Assembly (NCBI GenBank): GCA_014376785.1
Contig: JACMQW010000082.1
Span: 3,499 to 67,498, forward strand
Direction of reading: 5' to 3'
From: Oligoflexia bacterium
GTDB lineage: Bacteria > Bdellovibrionota > UBA1018
Length of the DNA: 64,000 nucleotides
This document shows positions 1 through 10,488 of this stretch, in pieces. Within the stretch, counting starts at the first letter, position 1, and each line of letters begins with the position of its first letter. The translations under genes were made by a program, and so were the position numbers. Below the pieces are notes generated by a model. It was not told the origin of the DNA, made no database searches, and worked only from the letters and a program-made list of their open reading frames with translations.

Positions 1-973
1 AGGTGACCGCGCCGATATTTTCCATCGCTCCAGCGTTGTGGTCGGGAACCAGTAACTGGTCGTATTTTGCGAAAGGGTACGGGTACCCAAAAAAATCTGC
101 GTAGAATTCAAGCCCTTTGCCCGTGATGTTGAACCACTCGGCAGCGTCCACGAACTTTGCCATCGACTGACGTGCGTAGAGAGCCAGTGGGATTCCTTCG
201 TGATCTCCCTTCCACTGCTTCCATGGGCCGGCTGCCGCAGCTAGGAGGTACGTACTCATCTGCGGAGTGGGAGCGAATTGCCACGAAAGGTGCCCGTCTA
301 CTTTCGTTTTATCGCGAAGGGGCATGTTTGCGATGACCGTCCATTCAGAAGGGGCTTCGATTGTCACCTCAAACGAGGCTTTCAAATCCGGTTGATCGAA
401 GCATGGAAAAATCAAATTGGCGTAATAGGGTTCAAGATCGGAGTGGATGTAAACTTTTCCGTCTTCGGGATCTTTGAAGCGGTAAAGTCCATTTCCGCTT
501 TTAGAAAACGGATGATTGTAGGCGATCTCTAATTTATTTTGGCCGATGACTAAATCGCCTTTCGGGATGTCCACCCATTCGCCATTTGCGCGATCTGCGA
601 TCTTCTTCTCATCCCAGACCTTTCCGTTCAGCAGGAGTGACGTGATCTTTCCGCCCGTGAAGTCGAGGCGCAGGCTTTTTGTCATCGAGAATGCATTTTC
701 GCGTAAATCGAAAATCAGTTTTGCTCGGCCCTGAAAGTCCTCGGAATGTTCGTCGAGAGAGAGCCAGAGTTGGTAAGTGATTTTGTGAATCTGCCGGGCG
801 CGAAACATGGCGGCTTCTCGGGTCAGTGCCGAACTTTTGCCCGCCTGGGATTCAGCAGTCACGCTTTTCGGATCCTTCGTAGTCGGTGTGCTCGAGCAAC
901 TGCTGCCAAGGGCTGCGATGAGAAGGAATGAGATTACCGGAAAGCGGACGCGGCGGGAGAGTGGGATCAGCAT
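1..973 (-). CDS. pepN: M1-family aminopeptidase N, lipoprotein (truncated by window edge)
   Basis: Manual translation from ATG 973 gives MLIPLSRRVRFPVISFLLIAALGSSC (lipobox-like); the same frame reads VPDHNAGAMENIGAVT (M1 GAMEN motif) at the window start. Not in the ORF track. Confidence 0.85.
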   Translation of the reverse strand, partial: MLIPLSRRVRFPVISFLLIAALGSSCSSTPTTKDPKSVTAESQAGKSSALTREAAMFRARQIHKITYQLWLSLDEHSEDFQGRAKLIFDLRENAFSMTKSLRLDFTGGKITSLLLNGKVWDEKKIADRANGEWVDIPKGDLVIGQNKLEIAYNHPFSKSGNGLYRFKDPEDGKVYIHSDLEPYYANLIFPCFDQPDLKASFEVTIEAPSEWTVIANMPLRDKTKVDGHLSWQFAPTPQMSTYLLAAAAGPWKQWKGDHEGIPLALYARQSMAKFVDAAEWFNITGKGLEFYADFFGYPYPFAKYDQLLVPDHNAGAMENIGAVT

Positions 974-987
974 TTTATTTCTTTCGT

Positions 988-1428
988 TTATTCGTCTAGT
1001 TTTTCGACGTCGATTCCGACGGAATTCAAAAGGACAATCGAGTCGCGAATTCGGTAATCTTCGCCGTAGATGACTTTTTTCACGTTTCCGAGATTGATCA
1101 GTCTTTTTGCGCAGCCCACGCAAGGCAAGTGGGTGACGAACGCGATTTTCTCCACCGAGCGAGGCGCATCACAATTAATGACCGCGTTTTCTTCGCTGTG
1201 AAGGCAACCACAGTTTCCTGCTTCATCTCGGTCGCAGTCGTTGGGAAGGCCCGAAGCGTTCCCATTGTAGCCGACGGCGAGGACCTTTCGGAAGTCAGTA
1301 GAGGTGATGACGGTTCCGACGGCGAGCCGTCGACAAGTGGACCTTTGCGCCAGCACGCGGGCCAGATCGAGATAGATTTGCTTGAAGCTCGGTCGCTTCT
1401 TTTCCGTCAGAGGAGCGGAAACACTCAT
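988..1428 (-). CDS. dCMP deaminase (ComEB-like zinc deaminase)
   Basis: RSTC, GYNG, HSEENA and PCxxC motifs. Confidence 0.9.
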   Translation of the reverse strand: MSVSAPLTEKKRPSFKQIYLDLARVLAQRSTCRRLAVGTVITSTDFRKVLAVGYNGNASGLPNDCDRDEAGNCGCLHSEENAVINCDAPRSVEKIAFVTHLPCVGCAKRLINLGNVKKVIYGEDYRIRDSIVLLNSVGIDVEKLDE

Positions 1429-1961
1429 CCGATTTTACCTGCCGGGTGAATAAAGCTCAGGTAGTGCCGGAGTTCAGCGATCGATTCGGTGATATCCCCG
1501 AGCGCGCGGTGGGCGTTCTTTTTGTCGAATTTAATCCCGTATTTTTCTCGGTAAATTTCTTTGAATGAACTCACATCGACTAGGCGATAATGGAGTTTTT
1601 TCGCAAAGACCGGCAAATAGCGATCGATGAAGCGTTTATCGTTGCCCACCGAATTGCCGACGAGAACAATTCGATCTTCGGAACGGAAGTATTTTTTCGC
1701 GAGTTCGACCAGGTCATTTTCGACGGCCGAGATGGGTTTTCCAGTCGGTACGGCCGCCGTGAGACCAGATTTTCCGTGATGCTCTTTGCACCAATCATTC
1801 ATTCCATCTATGATTTCCTGGGGTTGGAAGACAACGCTTTCGTATTCAGCCACAACGTTCAACTCGAGGTCTGTGATCATGACAGCGACTTCGAGAATGC
1901 GGTCGCTCACGTCATCCAGGCCCGTCATCTCCAGGTCGATCCAAAATAGGTGCTTTTTCAT
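1425..1961 (-). CDS. orn: oligoribonuclease
   Basis: WIDLEMTGLD, GNSVGND, LHYRLVDVSS, HRALGDI; start moved to ATG 1961 (MKKHLFW). Confidence 0.95.
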   Translation of the reverse strand: MKKHLFWIDLEMTGLDDVSDRILEVAVMITDLELNVVAEYESVVFQPQEIIDGMNDWCKEHHGKSGLTAAVPTGKPISAVENDLVELAKKYFRSEDRIVLVGNSVGNDKRFIDRYLPVFAKKLHYRLVDVSSFKEIYREKYGIKFDKKNAHRALGDITESIAELRHYLSFIHPAGKIG

Positions 1962-2210
1962 TTGGAAACCAGGGTACTCGCCAGGCGCGGGAGGGGCAAG
2001 CTCGCGGGGGGGAACGTCTCGTTTTAACTCGCCTTCGAACGACTCGTCTCGGCATGGATAGCCCTTTTCAAAATCAGGAATCAGCACGCTGCGGCACATT
2101 CAGTGGGCTTTCATGACTTGCAGATTAGCGAGCGACTTCTGACTTGATTCCCAGGCCTAAAGCCGGGTATTAAGCCTTTTCCCCTAAAACGCAAAAAGGA
2201 ACCTAATTAG

Positions 2211-4313
2211 ATGTCTAATATCCACGGCATGGACAGAATTCGTAACATCGGGATTTCCGCCCACATCGATTCCGGAAAGACGACTCTTTCCGAGCGCATC
2301 TTGTTTTACACCAACAAGATTCACGCGATTCACGAAGTGAAAGGAAAGGACGGCGTCGGCGCTGTCATGGACTCGATGGACCTAGAGCGCGAAAAAGGGA
2401 TCACCATCCAATCCGCTGCTACTTACTGCGAATGGAAAGGCTTCAACGTTAACTTGATCGACACTCCCGGACACGTGGATTTCACCGTGGAAGTGGAACG
2501 CTCCCTTCGCGTGCTCGATGGCGCAGTCCTTGTGCTTTGCTCGGTTGCTGGGGTGCAATCCCAGTCGATCACTGTCGATCGCCAGATGAAGCGCTATAAA
2601 GTTCCCCGCATTTGCTTCATCAACAAAATGGACCGCGCCGGTGCAAACCCTTTCCGTGGCCGCCAAATGTTGAATGAAAAACTCTCTCACAACGCCCACT
2701 TCATCACCTACCCAATCGGCGCTGAAGACCATTTCAAAGGGATCGTTGACCTCGTCCAGATGGTCGCTTTCTACTTTGACGGCGAAAACGGCGAAGAAGT
2801 TCGCGAAGAAGCCATCCCAGCGGACATTCTGGCCGATTGCCAGAAATACCGCGAAGAGCTGATTGCAGCTGTCGGCGAGTTCGATGAGACCGTCGGCATG
2901 AAGTACCTCGAAGGCCAGGACGTCACCGTTCCTGAGCTCCGCGAAGCGATTCGTAAAGCGACGCTTTCCCTCGAGTTCACTCCGGTCATGATGGGTTCTG
3001 CCTATAAGAACAAAGGTGTGCAGATCCTCCTCGACGCAGTCACTTATTACCTTCCAGACCCAAGCCAGCGCGAGAACTTCGCGCTGGATCAAAACAACAA
3101 CGAAGAAAAAATCATTCTTGAGAGTGATCCAACGAAGACCCTCGTGGCCCTCGCGTTTAAACTCGATGACGGTCGTTACGGTCAGCTCACCTACATGCGC
3201 ATCTACCAGGGTACGGTTCGCAAAGGGGACACGATCTATAACAACGTGAACGACAAAAAATTAAAAGTGCCACGCATCGTGCAGATGCACTCCGACCAGA
3301 TGAACGACATCGAGATCGCGAAAGCGGGAGACATCGTTGCGTTCTTCGGTGTGGACTGCGCATCGGGTGACACTTTCGGAGACGGTAAATCGAAATTGAC
3401 GATGACGTCGATGTTCGTTCCGAACGCCGTGATTTCGCTTTCGGTTGCTCCGAAAGATAAAACCGGTCAGACGAACTTCTCGAAAGCTTTGAACAAGTTC
3501 ACCAAAGAAGATCCGACCTTCCGCGTGCATCGGGATGAAGAATCTGCCGAAACCATCATTTCTGGGATGGGCGAACTCCACCTCGAAATTTACTGTGAGC
3601 GGATCAAACGCGAATACAATTGCGAAGTGATCGTCGGTAAACCTCAGGTCGCTTTCCGTGAGACGATTACGAAAGCTGCGAAGTTCAACTACACCCACAA
3701 GAAGCAGTCCGGTGGTAAAGGACAGTTCGGTCGTGTGGCGGGAGTGCTCGAACCCTTGCCGGCAGACGCAGCCGTGAACTACGAATTCGTCGATGATATC
3801 GGCGGGGGGGTGATTCCTCGTAACTTTATCCCAGCCTGCGACAAAGGTTTCCAAGAAGCGATTAAAGAAGGCCGCTTGATCGGATTCCCAATCGTCGGCG
3901 TTCGCGTCACGATTAACGACGGCGCTTACCACGATGTCGATTCCGACGAACTTTCCTTCAAAACGGCAGCCCTTATGGGATTCCGCGAAGCTTATGAAGC
4001 AGCGGGTCCGGTCGTGCTCGAACCGATGATGAAGCTTGAAACTCAGGCTCCTGAAGAGTTCCAGGGTTCCGTCATGGGACAAATCAACCAGCGCCGTGGA
4101 ATGATTCTGAATTCTGCGACGAACGAAGGCTACGCGATCATCGAAGCCGAAGTTCCGCTCACTGAGATGTTCGGATATTCAACTGACCTTCGTTCGGCGA
4201 CCCAAGGTAAGGGAGAATTCACGATGGAATTCTTGAAGTACTCGGCTGTGCCGCGGAACGTTCAAGAAGAGATGGTGAAAAAGTACCAAGAGAAGAAGAA
4301 CGCTGCAAAGTAA
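2211..4313 (+). CDS. fusA: elongation factor G (stand-alone, spdEFG1/mtEFG1-like)
   Basis: [38 protein letters not shown]; 700 aa. Confidence 0.98.
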   Translation: MSNIHGMDRIRNIGISAHIDSGKTTLSERILFYTNKIHAIHEVKGKDGVGAVMDSMDLEREKGITIQSAATYCEWKGFNVNLIDTPGHVDFTVEVERSLRVLDGAVLVLCSVAGVQSQSITVDRQMKRYKVPRICFINKMDRAGANPFRGRQMLNEKLSHNAHFITYPIGAEDHFKGIVDLVQMVAFYFDGENGEEVREEAIPADILADCQKYREELIAAVGEFDETVGMKYLEGQDVTVPELREAIRKATLSLEFTPVMMGSAYKNKGVQILLDAVTYYLPDPSQRENFALDQNNNEEKIILESDPTKTLVALAFKLDDGRYGQLTYMRIYQGTVRKGDTIYNNVNDKKLKVPRIVQMHSDQMNDIEIAKAGDIVAFFGVDCASGDTFGDGKSKLTMTSMFVPNAVISLSVAPKDKTGQTNFSKALNKFTKEDPTFRVHRDEESAETIISGMGELHLEIYCERIKREYNCEVIVGKPQVAFRETITKAAKFNYTHKKQSGGKGQFGRVAGVLEPLPADAAVNYEFVDDIGGGVIPRNFIPACDKGFQEAIKEGRLIGFPIVGVRVTINDGAYHDVDSDELSFKTAALMGFREAYEAAGPVVLEPMMKLETQAPEEFQGSVMGQINQRRGMILNSATNEGYAIIEAEVPLTEMFGYSTDLRSATQGKGEFTMEFLKYSAVPRNVQEEMVKKYQEKKNAAK

Positions 4314-4333
4314 TCGCAGTCCCCACCTATTTG

Positions 4334-4367
4334 AAAGGCCTCGAGAGTCTCTCTCGGGGCCTTTTTT
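4334..4367 (+). terminator. Rho-independent terminator after fusA
   Basis: AAAGGCCTCGAGAG-tct-CTCTCGGGGCCTTT stem with T-run. Confidence 0.85.
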
Positions 4368-4473
4368 CATTTAAGTCCTTGAATATTAAGCCTTTATCTT
4401 CGTCTTGCAATCAGCACTAATGCACTGCATAATTATTAATAATTGTTTACAATAAAAGACTGAAGGTCCCTTT

Positions 4474-5502
4474 ATGGTGTCTGGAGCAAAAAAGGCGAGT
4501 GGGCGAGAAGTTGGGAAGCCGGCGCGGTCGGAAAGGTCGCAGCGGGGCTTAGTTCCGGCGCTGTTCGGAGTTGCGCCATGGATCCTCTTATTCGGACTCG
4601 CTGGCTGTTCCATGAACGGGAAAACCACCAGTCCCTCTCTCAGTATCGACTTAACTGAATTTCGTTCGAGCCTCACTGAAAACAACCTCCTCGGGAGCGG
4701 TTCGGTTGCGGGTGTTCTCGGTCTTTCTGGGTTGGCGCCAGCGAGTGCTTTAGATTTTCCCTGTTACGGAATCAATGTAACGGGACCGGGGATCGCGGAC
4801 ACCTCTCCCCATCCGGATGGTGATGCTCAGAACTTGTTTGATTCCGCAATCGCAAGAAACACGACTTGTGGATACCGGGGAATATTATCTGCGCCGATCC
4901 GCCTTTCTTCGCGCATCGCCGAAGCAAATCTGCCGGTCTCGCCGGGGCGAGTGCGACTTGTCCAATTCGTCGGCGTGAGCGATTCGACCGTCTGTGCCTC
5001 TGGACTGTTGGGCGGCGGAGCTTCGTCCACTAACGGAAATCATACTTACTACGAGCTCGGCCGCGCAGTATTGCGGGACTTTTATTCCGACGTTTCCGTT
5101 GCGATCACGACGAATTGGCCGACCAATGTTCTGGCCAGGGAAACGCGTGCCGTGGATTGTGGAGATTCCGGAATTCCCACTTCGCCTACTGCGACTCTGA
5201 ACTCACTCACTATCGGTCCTACCGGCACATCGAACTACTCAGTTTCGGCAACCGGTGCGAGTGCTGCTCACTCGGTGACGCTCACGGTGACCGGACATTT
5301 TTCCGATGGAAGCTCAGCGAACGTCACGAATTTAGTCACCTGGAGTCCGAACGTAACAACTAATTTTTCCATTACGACAGCTGGTGTGCTGACTGGTTTG
5401 GTTTACAGCGGCGGTTCGGCAACGGCACTTTACGCGAGCTACACAGTGCCTGGTGGAAGCAGCATCAGTTCTACACCGGTCAACGTGACCGTCACGCTTT
5501 AG
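4474..5502 (+). CDS. hypothetical lipoprotein with C-terminal Ig-like (Big_2-type) domain
   Basis: LLFGLAGC lipobox; Ser/Thr-rich C-terminus with TVTGHFSDGSSANVTNLVTWS; start uncertain. Confidence 0.7.
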   Translation: MVSGAKKASGREVGKPARSERSQRGLVPALFGVAPWILLFGLAGCSMNGKTTSPSLSIDLTEFRSSLTENNLLGSGSVAGVLGLSGLAPASALDFPCYGINVTGPGIADTSPHPDGDAQNLFDSAIARNTTCGYRGILSAPIRLSSRIAEANLPVSPGRVRLVQFVGVSDSTVCASGLLGGGASSTNGNHTYYELGRAVLRDFYSDVSVAITTNWPTNVLARETRAVDCGDSGIPTSPTATLNSLTIGPTGTSNYSVSATGASAAHSVTLTVTGHFSDGSSANVTNLVTWSPNVTTNFSITTAGVLTGLVYSGGSATALYASYTVPGGSSISSTPVNVTVTL

Positions 5503-5522
5503 TCATTCGATGATGCGGAAAT

Positions 5523-5912
5523 CTACTCGACTTGTTTCTTAGCCGACTCATGGGCCGCTTCTTTTGCGGCGGCTTTGTTTTCTGCTTTCGCAGCCTCGGC
5601 AGTCGGGGCGACTGGAGCGGTCTGACCCGCTTCTTGAGGGAGGCTCGTCTTAGCGCTCGGCGCTCCGTCGAAAACCGAACGTTTCTCTCGGCCGCCCATC
5701 ACAGTGAGGCCGAGAGAGGTGAACATAAAAATCGCTGCGAGCGCGAAAGTCGTCTTCGTAAAGAAGTTCGCACCGCCGGAGCTTCCGAAAACCGTGTTAC
5801 TGGATCCGCCCAGAGTCGCACTGATGTCTGCGCCTTTTCCAGATTGCATCAAAACGACGATGATGATGAGCACGCAAGTAACGATGTGGACGGTAGTGAC
5901 GAAAGTTCCCAT
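5523..5912 (-). CDS. secG: preprotein translocase subunit SecG
   Basis: VLMQSGKGAD..GGSS..FG with two TM segments; conserved position after tpiA. Confidence 0.95.
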   Translation of the reverse strand: MGTFVTTVHIVTCVLIIIVVLMQSGKGADISATLGGSSNTVFGSSGGANFFTKTTFALAAIFMFTSLGLTVMGGREKRSVFDGAPSAKTSLPQEAGQTAPVAPTAEAAKAENKAAAKEAAHESAKKQVE

Positions 5913-6082
5913 AGTTCCACAGTTTTAACGAAAACTAGGAGGCGCTGCAACCCGCGAGTTTGAGCAACGCGATAAACCTGAGCTTAACGCAGTGCTAGAA
6001 TCTCCATCCAAGGAAGTCGACTGACGCGAGGAGGCTTCTCCCGCACTGCGGTTCACTGAACGCTTCACCAACCCAGCTAGAT

Positions 6083-6880
6083 TTAGAGCAGAGATCCCGC
6101 GCCTTCGAGCAGAGCGAGGAAGCTCTCCGGTTTTAAACTCGCCCCACCGACTAAGCCTCCGTCGACATTCGGCTGTTTCAGGAGGTCGCGAACATTCTCG
6201 GGAGTCATGCTTCCCCCGTAGAGAATCTTCGTTCTCACTGCCGCTTCCCGGCCGTATCGATCAGCGAGAATGCTTCGAGAAAAAGCATGCGCTTCTTCGG
6301 CTTGCTCAGGGGTTGCGGTTAAGCCCGTGCCGATCGCCCAAACCGGTTCGTAGGCGAGGATGAGTCTCTGGTTCCATTCGGCCGGCAGTCCCGTCTTCAG
6401 TTGGTTTTCAAGAACCGAGTTCGTCTCTCCCGCCTCTCGTTCCGAACGGCTTTCTCCGAAACAAAGCACAGCGGTGAACCCTTGGCGAAGGTGGCTCTCC
6501 GCTTTCTTTTTTACCGTCTCATTCGTTTCGCCGAAATACTGTCTCCGTTCGGAGTGACCGACTAAGGTCCAGCCCACGCCGATTTCTTTCAGCATCGGGC
6601 CAGAAATTTCGCCGGTAAAAGCACCTTTTTCTTCGAAGTGGACGTTTTGGGCTCCCACCGTGACGGCCGTTTCCTGGAACGCATCTCGCGCCGATTCAAG
6701 CGAAACGGAGGGGGGGAATACATGCGCGCTCAAACGCCCGCTTTGGATCGCTGCCCGAGTTTTCTCTGAAAGCGCGGTTTTCCACTGAGAAACAGCGGCG
6801 GCCGCAAACGACCTCGTTTCTTTCGGGCCGTGATTCATCTTCCAATTGCCTGCGATCAGAACGCCTCGACTCGCTTCCAT
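6083..6880 (-). CDS. tpiA: triosephosphate isomerase
   Basis: AGNWKMN, GHSERR, AYEPVWAIGTG, YGGS, LVGGASL. Confidence 0.98.
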   Translation of the reverse strand: MEASRGVLIAGNWKMNHGPKETRSFAAAAVSQWKTALSEKTRAAIQSGRLSAHVFPPSVSLESARDAFQETAVTVGAQNVHFEEKGAFTGEISGPMLKEIGVGWTLVGHSERRQYFGETNETVKKKAESHLRQGFTAVLCFGESRSEREAGETNSVLENQLKTGLPAEWNQRLILAYEPVWAIGTGLTATPEQAEEAHAFSRSILADRYGREAAVRTKILYGGSMTPENVRDLLKQPNVDGGLVGGASLKPESFLALLEGAGSLL

Positions 6881-8088
6881 TAGATCCGTTCGCGGGTGAT
6901 GGCCATCGTGGTTTCGCGTTTGTACATTTCGCGCAAAATTTCGATTCCGGGTAAGGTTCCGTTTTCGATGAATTCGAGTACCGCTCCACCTCCGGTAGAG
7001 AGGTGATCGAATCCATCAGCGTAACCCGATAGTTTCACCGCTGAGACCGTGTCGCCACCGCCCACGATCTTCACTGCCGAAATTTCAGAAACCGCTTTCG
7101 CCAAGGCAAAAGTTCCCACTGCGTATTCGGGTTTTTCAAACCATCCGAGGGGTCCGTTCCAAAAAATCGTTTTTCCGTTCGCTAAGAATTTCGAGAATTC
7201 TTCGACGGTCTTCGGACCGACGTCGAATCCGAGATTCGTGTCGACGGGCAGTACGATTGGGATTTCTTTCTTTTTTGCTTCGGCGAGAATTTTTCGAGCG
7301 GCTTCGACGTCGTCGAGCTTTGGTTGCTTCGCATCTTTTGGAATCGGTGTGTTTGTCACCGCCCAAAACGCATGCGCCATTGCGCCACCGATGCAAATTC
7401 CGTCGACTTCCCGGAGAAGCGCTTCGACGGTTTTAATTTTGTCCGTTACTTTCGATCCGCCGAGTACGGCGTAGAAAGGTTTTGCCGGATTTTTCACCAG
7501 AGGTTCTAGAAATTTCAGCTCTTTCTCAATGAGAAAGCCCATGGCTTTTACTTGCATGATGGAAGGCACGCCGTACGTCGAAGCGTGTTTCCGGTGAGCA
7601 GTCCCGAAAGCGTCCGTAACATAAACTTCGCAGAGCGACGCGAGTTGGGTCGCGAACTCGTGGTTGTTTTCTTCTTCACCAGGATGAAAACGTAGATTTT
7701 CCAGTAGGATCACGGAACCCGCCTTCTGGGTTTTCACCAGAAGTTCGATTCCTTCACCGACGCAGTCGTCAGTGAGCATCACGTCGAGTCCAAGCAAGCC
7801 AGAGAGGTGAGCGGCAACGGGCTCCAGGGAAAACTTTGCCGTCTTCTTCCCTTCGGGCCGACCGAGGTGGGAAGCAATGACGACGCGGGCCTTTTTTTCC
7901 AGGCAATACTTAATGGTGGGAAGTGCTTCGACGATCCGGGAATCATCCGTCACTTTTCCATTTTCAAGCGGAACGTTAAAATCGAGGCGCAAGAAAATCG
8001 ATTTTCCTGCCAACTCTAAATCCCGAATGCTCCGCGGGGCCGTGTTTTTAGATGGATTCGCTGAATAATTCTTCGATGGGCCTGCCAC
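6880..8088 (-). CDS. pgk: phosphoglycerate kinase
   Basis: RLDFNVP, SHLGRP, LLENLRF, DAFGTAHR, GGGDT, STGGGA. Confidence 0.98.
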   Translation of the reverse strand: MAGPSKNYSANPSKNTAPRSIRDLELAGKSIFLRLDFNVPLENGKVTDDSRIVEALPTIKYCLEKKARVVIASHLGRPEGKKTAKFSLEPVAAHLSGLLGLDVMLTDDCVGEGIELLVKTQKAGSVILLENLRFHPGEEENNHEFATQLASLCEVYVTDAFGTAHRKHASTYGVPSIMQVKAMGFLIEKELKFLEPLVKNPAKPFYAVLGGSKVTDKIKTVEALLREVDGICIGGAMAHAFWAVTNTPIPKDAKQPKLDDVEAARKILAEAKKKEIPIVLPVDTNLGFDVGPKTVEEFSKFLANGKTIFWNGPLGWFEKPEYAVGTFALAKAVSEISAVKIVGGGDTVSAVKLSGYADGFDHLSTGGGAVLEFIENGTLPGIEILREMYKRETTMAITRERI

Positions 8089-9141
8089 TTAAATGCCTTT
8101 CGCCGCGACGAAAGCGGTGAGGTCGAGCATCCGTGCGGAAAATCCGGTTTCGTTGTCGTACCAAGAGATGACTTTAATAAAGTTGCCTTCCATCACGGTG
8201 GTGAGCTCAGCATCGATGGTCGAGGAAATTTCGGATCCATTGTAATCGATCGAAACGAGCGGAGCGTGTTCGACGGCGAGAATGCCTTTTAGAGGTCCGT
8301 TAGCCGCCGCTTCCAGTGCTTCGTTAATGGCTTCTTTCGTCGTGGATTTAGACAACTCTGCGGTGAAATCCACCATCGAAACGTTTGCGGTAGGGACTCG
8401 GATAGAGAGACCATCGAGTTTGCCTTTTAAGTGCGGAAGCACGAGGCCCACGGCTTTTGCGGCTCCCGTCGTCGTCGGAATCATGGAAAGGGCGGCAGCG
8501 CGGGCGCGGCGTAAGTCTTTGTGCGCGAGATCTTGAAGGCGTTGATCGCTTGTGTAGGAGTGCACGGTGAGCATCGTTCCTCTTTTCACGCCGAAATTTT
8601 CGTCGATCACTTTCACGAGTGGGGCCAAGCAGTTCGTCGTGCACGATGCATTCGAAATCACGGTGTGTTTCGATGGCTCGTAGGCTTTTTCATTCACGCC
8701 CATGCAGATCGTAATGTCGGCATCTTTCGATGGCGCGGAAATTAAAACGCGCTTCACTGAACCTTTCAGATGGAGGGCAGCTTTTGCTTTATCCGTGAAA
8801 ATCCCGGTGCACTCATGGACGATCTCGACCCCGGCGCCAGACCAGTCGATCGCAGTGGGATCTTTCTCCGAATAGACGCGGATTTTTTTTATCCCTTTTT
8901 TCGTTTCGACCATGAGCATGTTGCCCTCGAGCTTCACGGTGTAGGGCAACGTTCCGTGAACGGAGTCGTATTTGAAAAGGTGAGCAGCGATTTCGGGAGC
9001 ATCCAGATTATTAATCGCGACCAGTTCGATGTCGTCCCGTTCGAGTACCAGGCGGGCTACTTTGCGTCCGATGCGGCCGAAGCCGTTAATTCCAATTTTA
9101 GTCACCGTGTTGGACGCATGATTCGAAGCGGTCTGGGCCAT
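8089..9141 (-). CDS. gap: type I glyceraldehyde-3-phosphate dehydrogenase
   Basis: INGFGRIGR, SNASCTTNCLAP, WYDNE. Confidence 0.98.
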   Translation of the reverse strand: MAQTASNHASNTVTKIGINGFGRIGRKVARLVLERDDIELVAINNLDAPEIAAHLFKYDSVHGTLPYTVKLEGNMLMVETKKGIKKIRVYSEKDPTAIDWSGAGVEIVHECTGIFTDKAKAALHLKGSVKRVLISAPSKDADITICMGVNEKAYEPSKHTVISNASCTTNCLAPLVKVIDENFGVKRGTMLTVHSYTSDQRLQDLAHKDLRRARAAALSMIPTTTGAAKAVGLVLPHLKGKLDGLSIRVPTANVSMVDFTAELSKSTTKEAINEALEAAANGPLKGILAVEHAPLVSIDYNGSEISSTIDAELTTVMEGNFIKVISWYDNETGFSARMLDLTAFVAAKGI

Positions 9142-9260
9142 GGGAGAGTCTCCTGGTGGGGTAAGTTTTGAACCTTTCTTCTACTCCCGAATGCCCCTCG
9201 GCATCAATCCTAGACTGCGGTGAATGGCCTCCAAATCGACGGAGGTTGACGTATTTTTAC

Positions 9261-10427
9261 TTACGGGGCGCTCTTCAAGAGCGATGCATACTTCCGCAAA
9301 TTCGCTTTGAACTCTTTGATTGCGCCGCTGTAAGGGGTGGCCCAAGGAAGCTTGGGTTTCATGACCGCCTGCGTAAGTAGGCACATCCCTTCGATGTCTG
9401 AGAGGGAAACGAACTCAGGCGCGGGGCCATTTGTTTCGGCCGCATCCGGGCCTCCCTCGAAGCTTTGGTTATGATAATTTCCCAAAGGAACTGAAATGGC
9501 GATGGTCGGGATGTCGTAAGAAGTGGCCGCAGATCCCTCACAGGTCCCGCCGTCCATGATGCGGCGTTGGTGTTTTCCGGGGAGAACTTTAGCCGCAAGT
9601 TCGGAGAAAACAGTAGTGGCTCCGGAGTGAAAGATATTTTTTTTGTCGCCGAGACGAACGACCGGTCCCTTACCGATGTCCGCACCAGGAAGCGTGCGAG
9701 ACGTTTCAAGCGATACGCAGAGGAGGGGGCGCTTTGCTGATTTGAACCAGCCGAGCTCCAAATGAGCGAGTGTTCCGATGAAACCGACTTCTTCGGCACG
9801 AGTGAGCAGTCCGATGAAAGGTGATTTCTTTTTCTTCAGTGCGATCGCGGTTTCAACAATCGCGAAAACTCCGATGAGATCGTCTGCGCATTTCGTGTAG
9901 AGTAAATCGCCTTCACTCCAATGGGTTTTTCGAAATCCGAACCCTCCGGAAATTTCCTTCGCTTTCACTTGGCGACGAAGGTCTTTTACGCGAATGATTC
10001 CGGACTTGATTGCCCGTCCTGAAGGAAGAAGCTCGGCTTCTTCCACTCGTCCTTCTCCGACAAAGCCTTCCTCATCCGCTAACCAGACTTTTCCGCCCAG
10101 CAGGTGCGCCGTCGGACTACCGCCATGCCATTCGAAAGTCAGTCGCTCATCATCGAGCCATTCGACACCGTGAAAACCCGGGTGGTCCATGTGGGCGATG
10201 AAGAGTCGGACGGGTTCCGTAGATTTCACGCGGATGAGTTTTAAGTATTCCGCTTTCGACTTCACGCCCACCACGATGTTTTTCGCTGGATCTAAGAAAT
10301 AAGAGATTTTTTCTTTTTTTAGAATGGTCTCAATCGCGGCGATGACCCTGCCTTCCCGAAACGGAGCGGTGGGTTGTTCGAGGATTGCGGAGAGCCTGGC
10401 ACGTGATTTTTCATTCTGGAAGAGCAT
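9261..10427 (-). CDS. M28/M42-like dizinc peptidase
   Basis: AHMDHPG, ADDLIG, RAEEVGFIG, GNYHN metal-ligand pattern. Confidence 0.75.
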   Translation of the reverse strand: MLFQNEKSRARLSAILEQPTAPFREGRVIAAIETILKKEKISYFLDPAKNIVVGVKSKAEYLKLIRVKSTEPVRLFIAHMDHPGFHGVEWLDDERLTFEWHGGSPTAHLLGGKVWLADEEGFVGEGRVEEAELLPSGRAIKSGIIRVKDLRRQVKAKEISGGFGFRKTHWSEGDLLYTKCADDLIGVFAIVETAIALKKKKSPFIGLLTRAEEVGFIGTLAHLELGWFKSAKRPLLCVSLETSRTLPGADIGKGPVVRLGDKKNIFHSGATTVFSELAAKVLPGKHQRRIMDGGTCEGSAATSYDIPTIAISVPLGNYHNQSFEGGPDAAETNGPAPEFVSLSDIEGMCLLTQAVMKPKLPWATPYSGAIKEFKANLRKYASLLKSAP

Positions 10428-10488
10428 CCCAAAAGGCTACTCCGGGATCGGGCTGGAAACAACGGGTCCCTACTGGCAGGATAAACGC

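Noticed and set aside
988-1428. dCMP deaminase as an anti-phage dCTP-depletion system
   Set aside because: Single small domain with no P-loop kinase fusion, in a housekeeping run with orn and pepN
4420-4460. AT-rich patch as a replication origin
   Set aside because: Very short and no DnaA-box cluster; more likely a promoter or UP element
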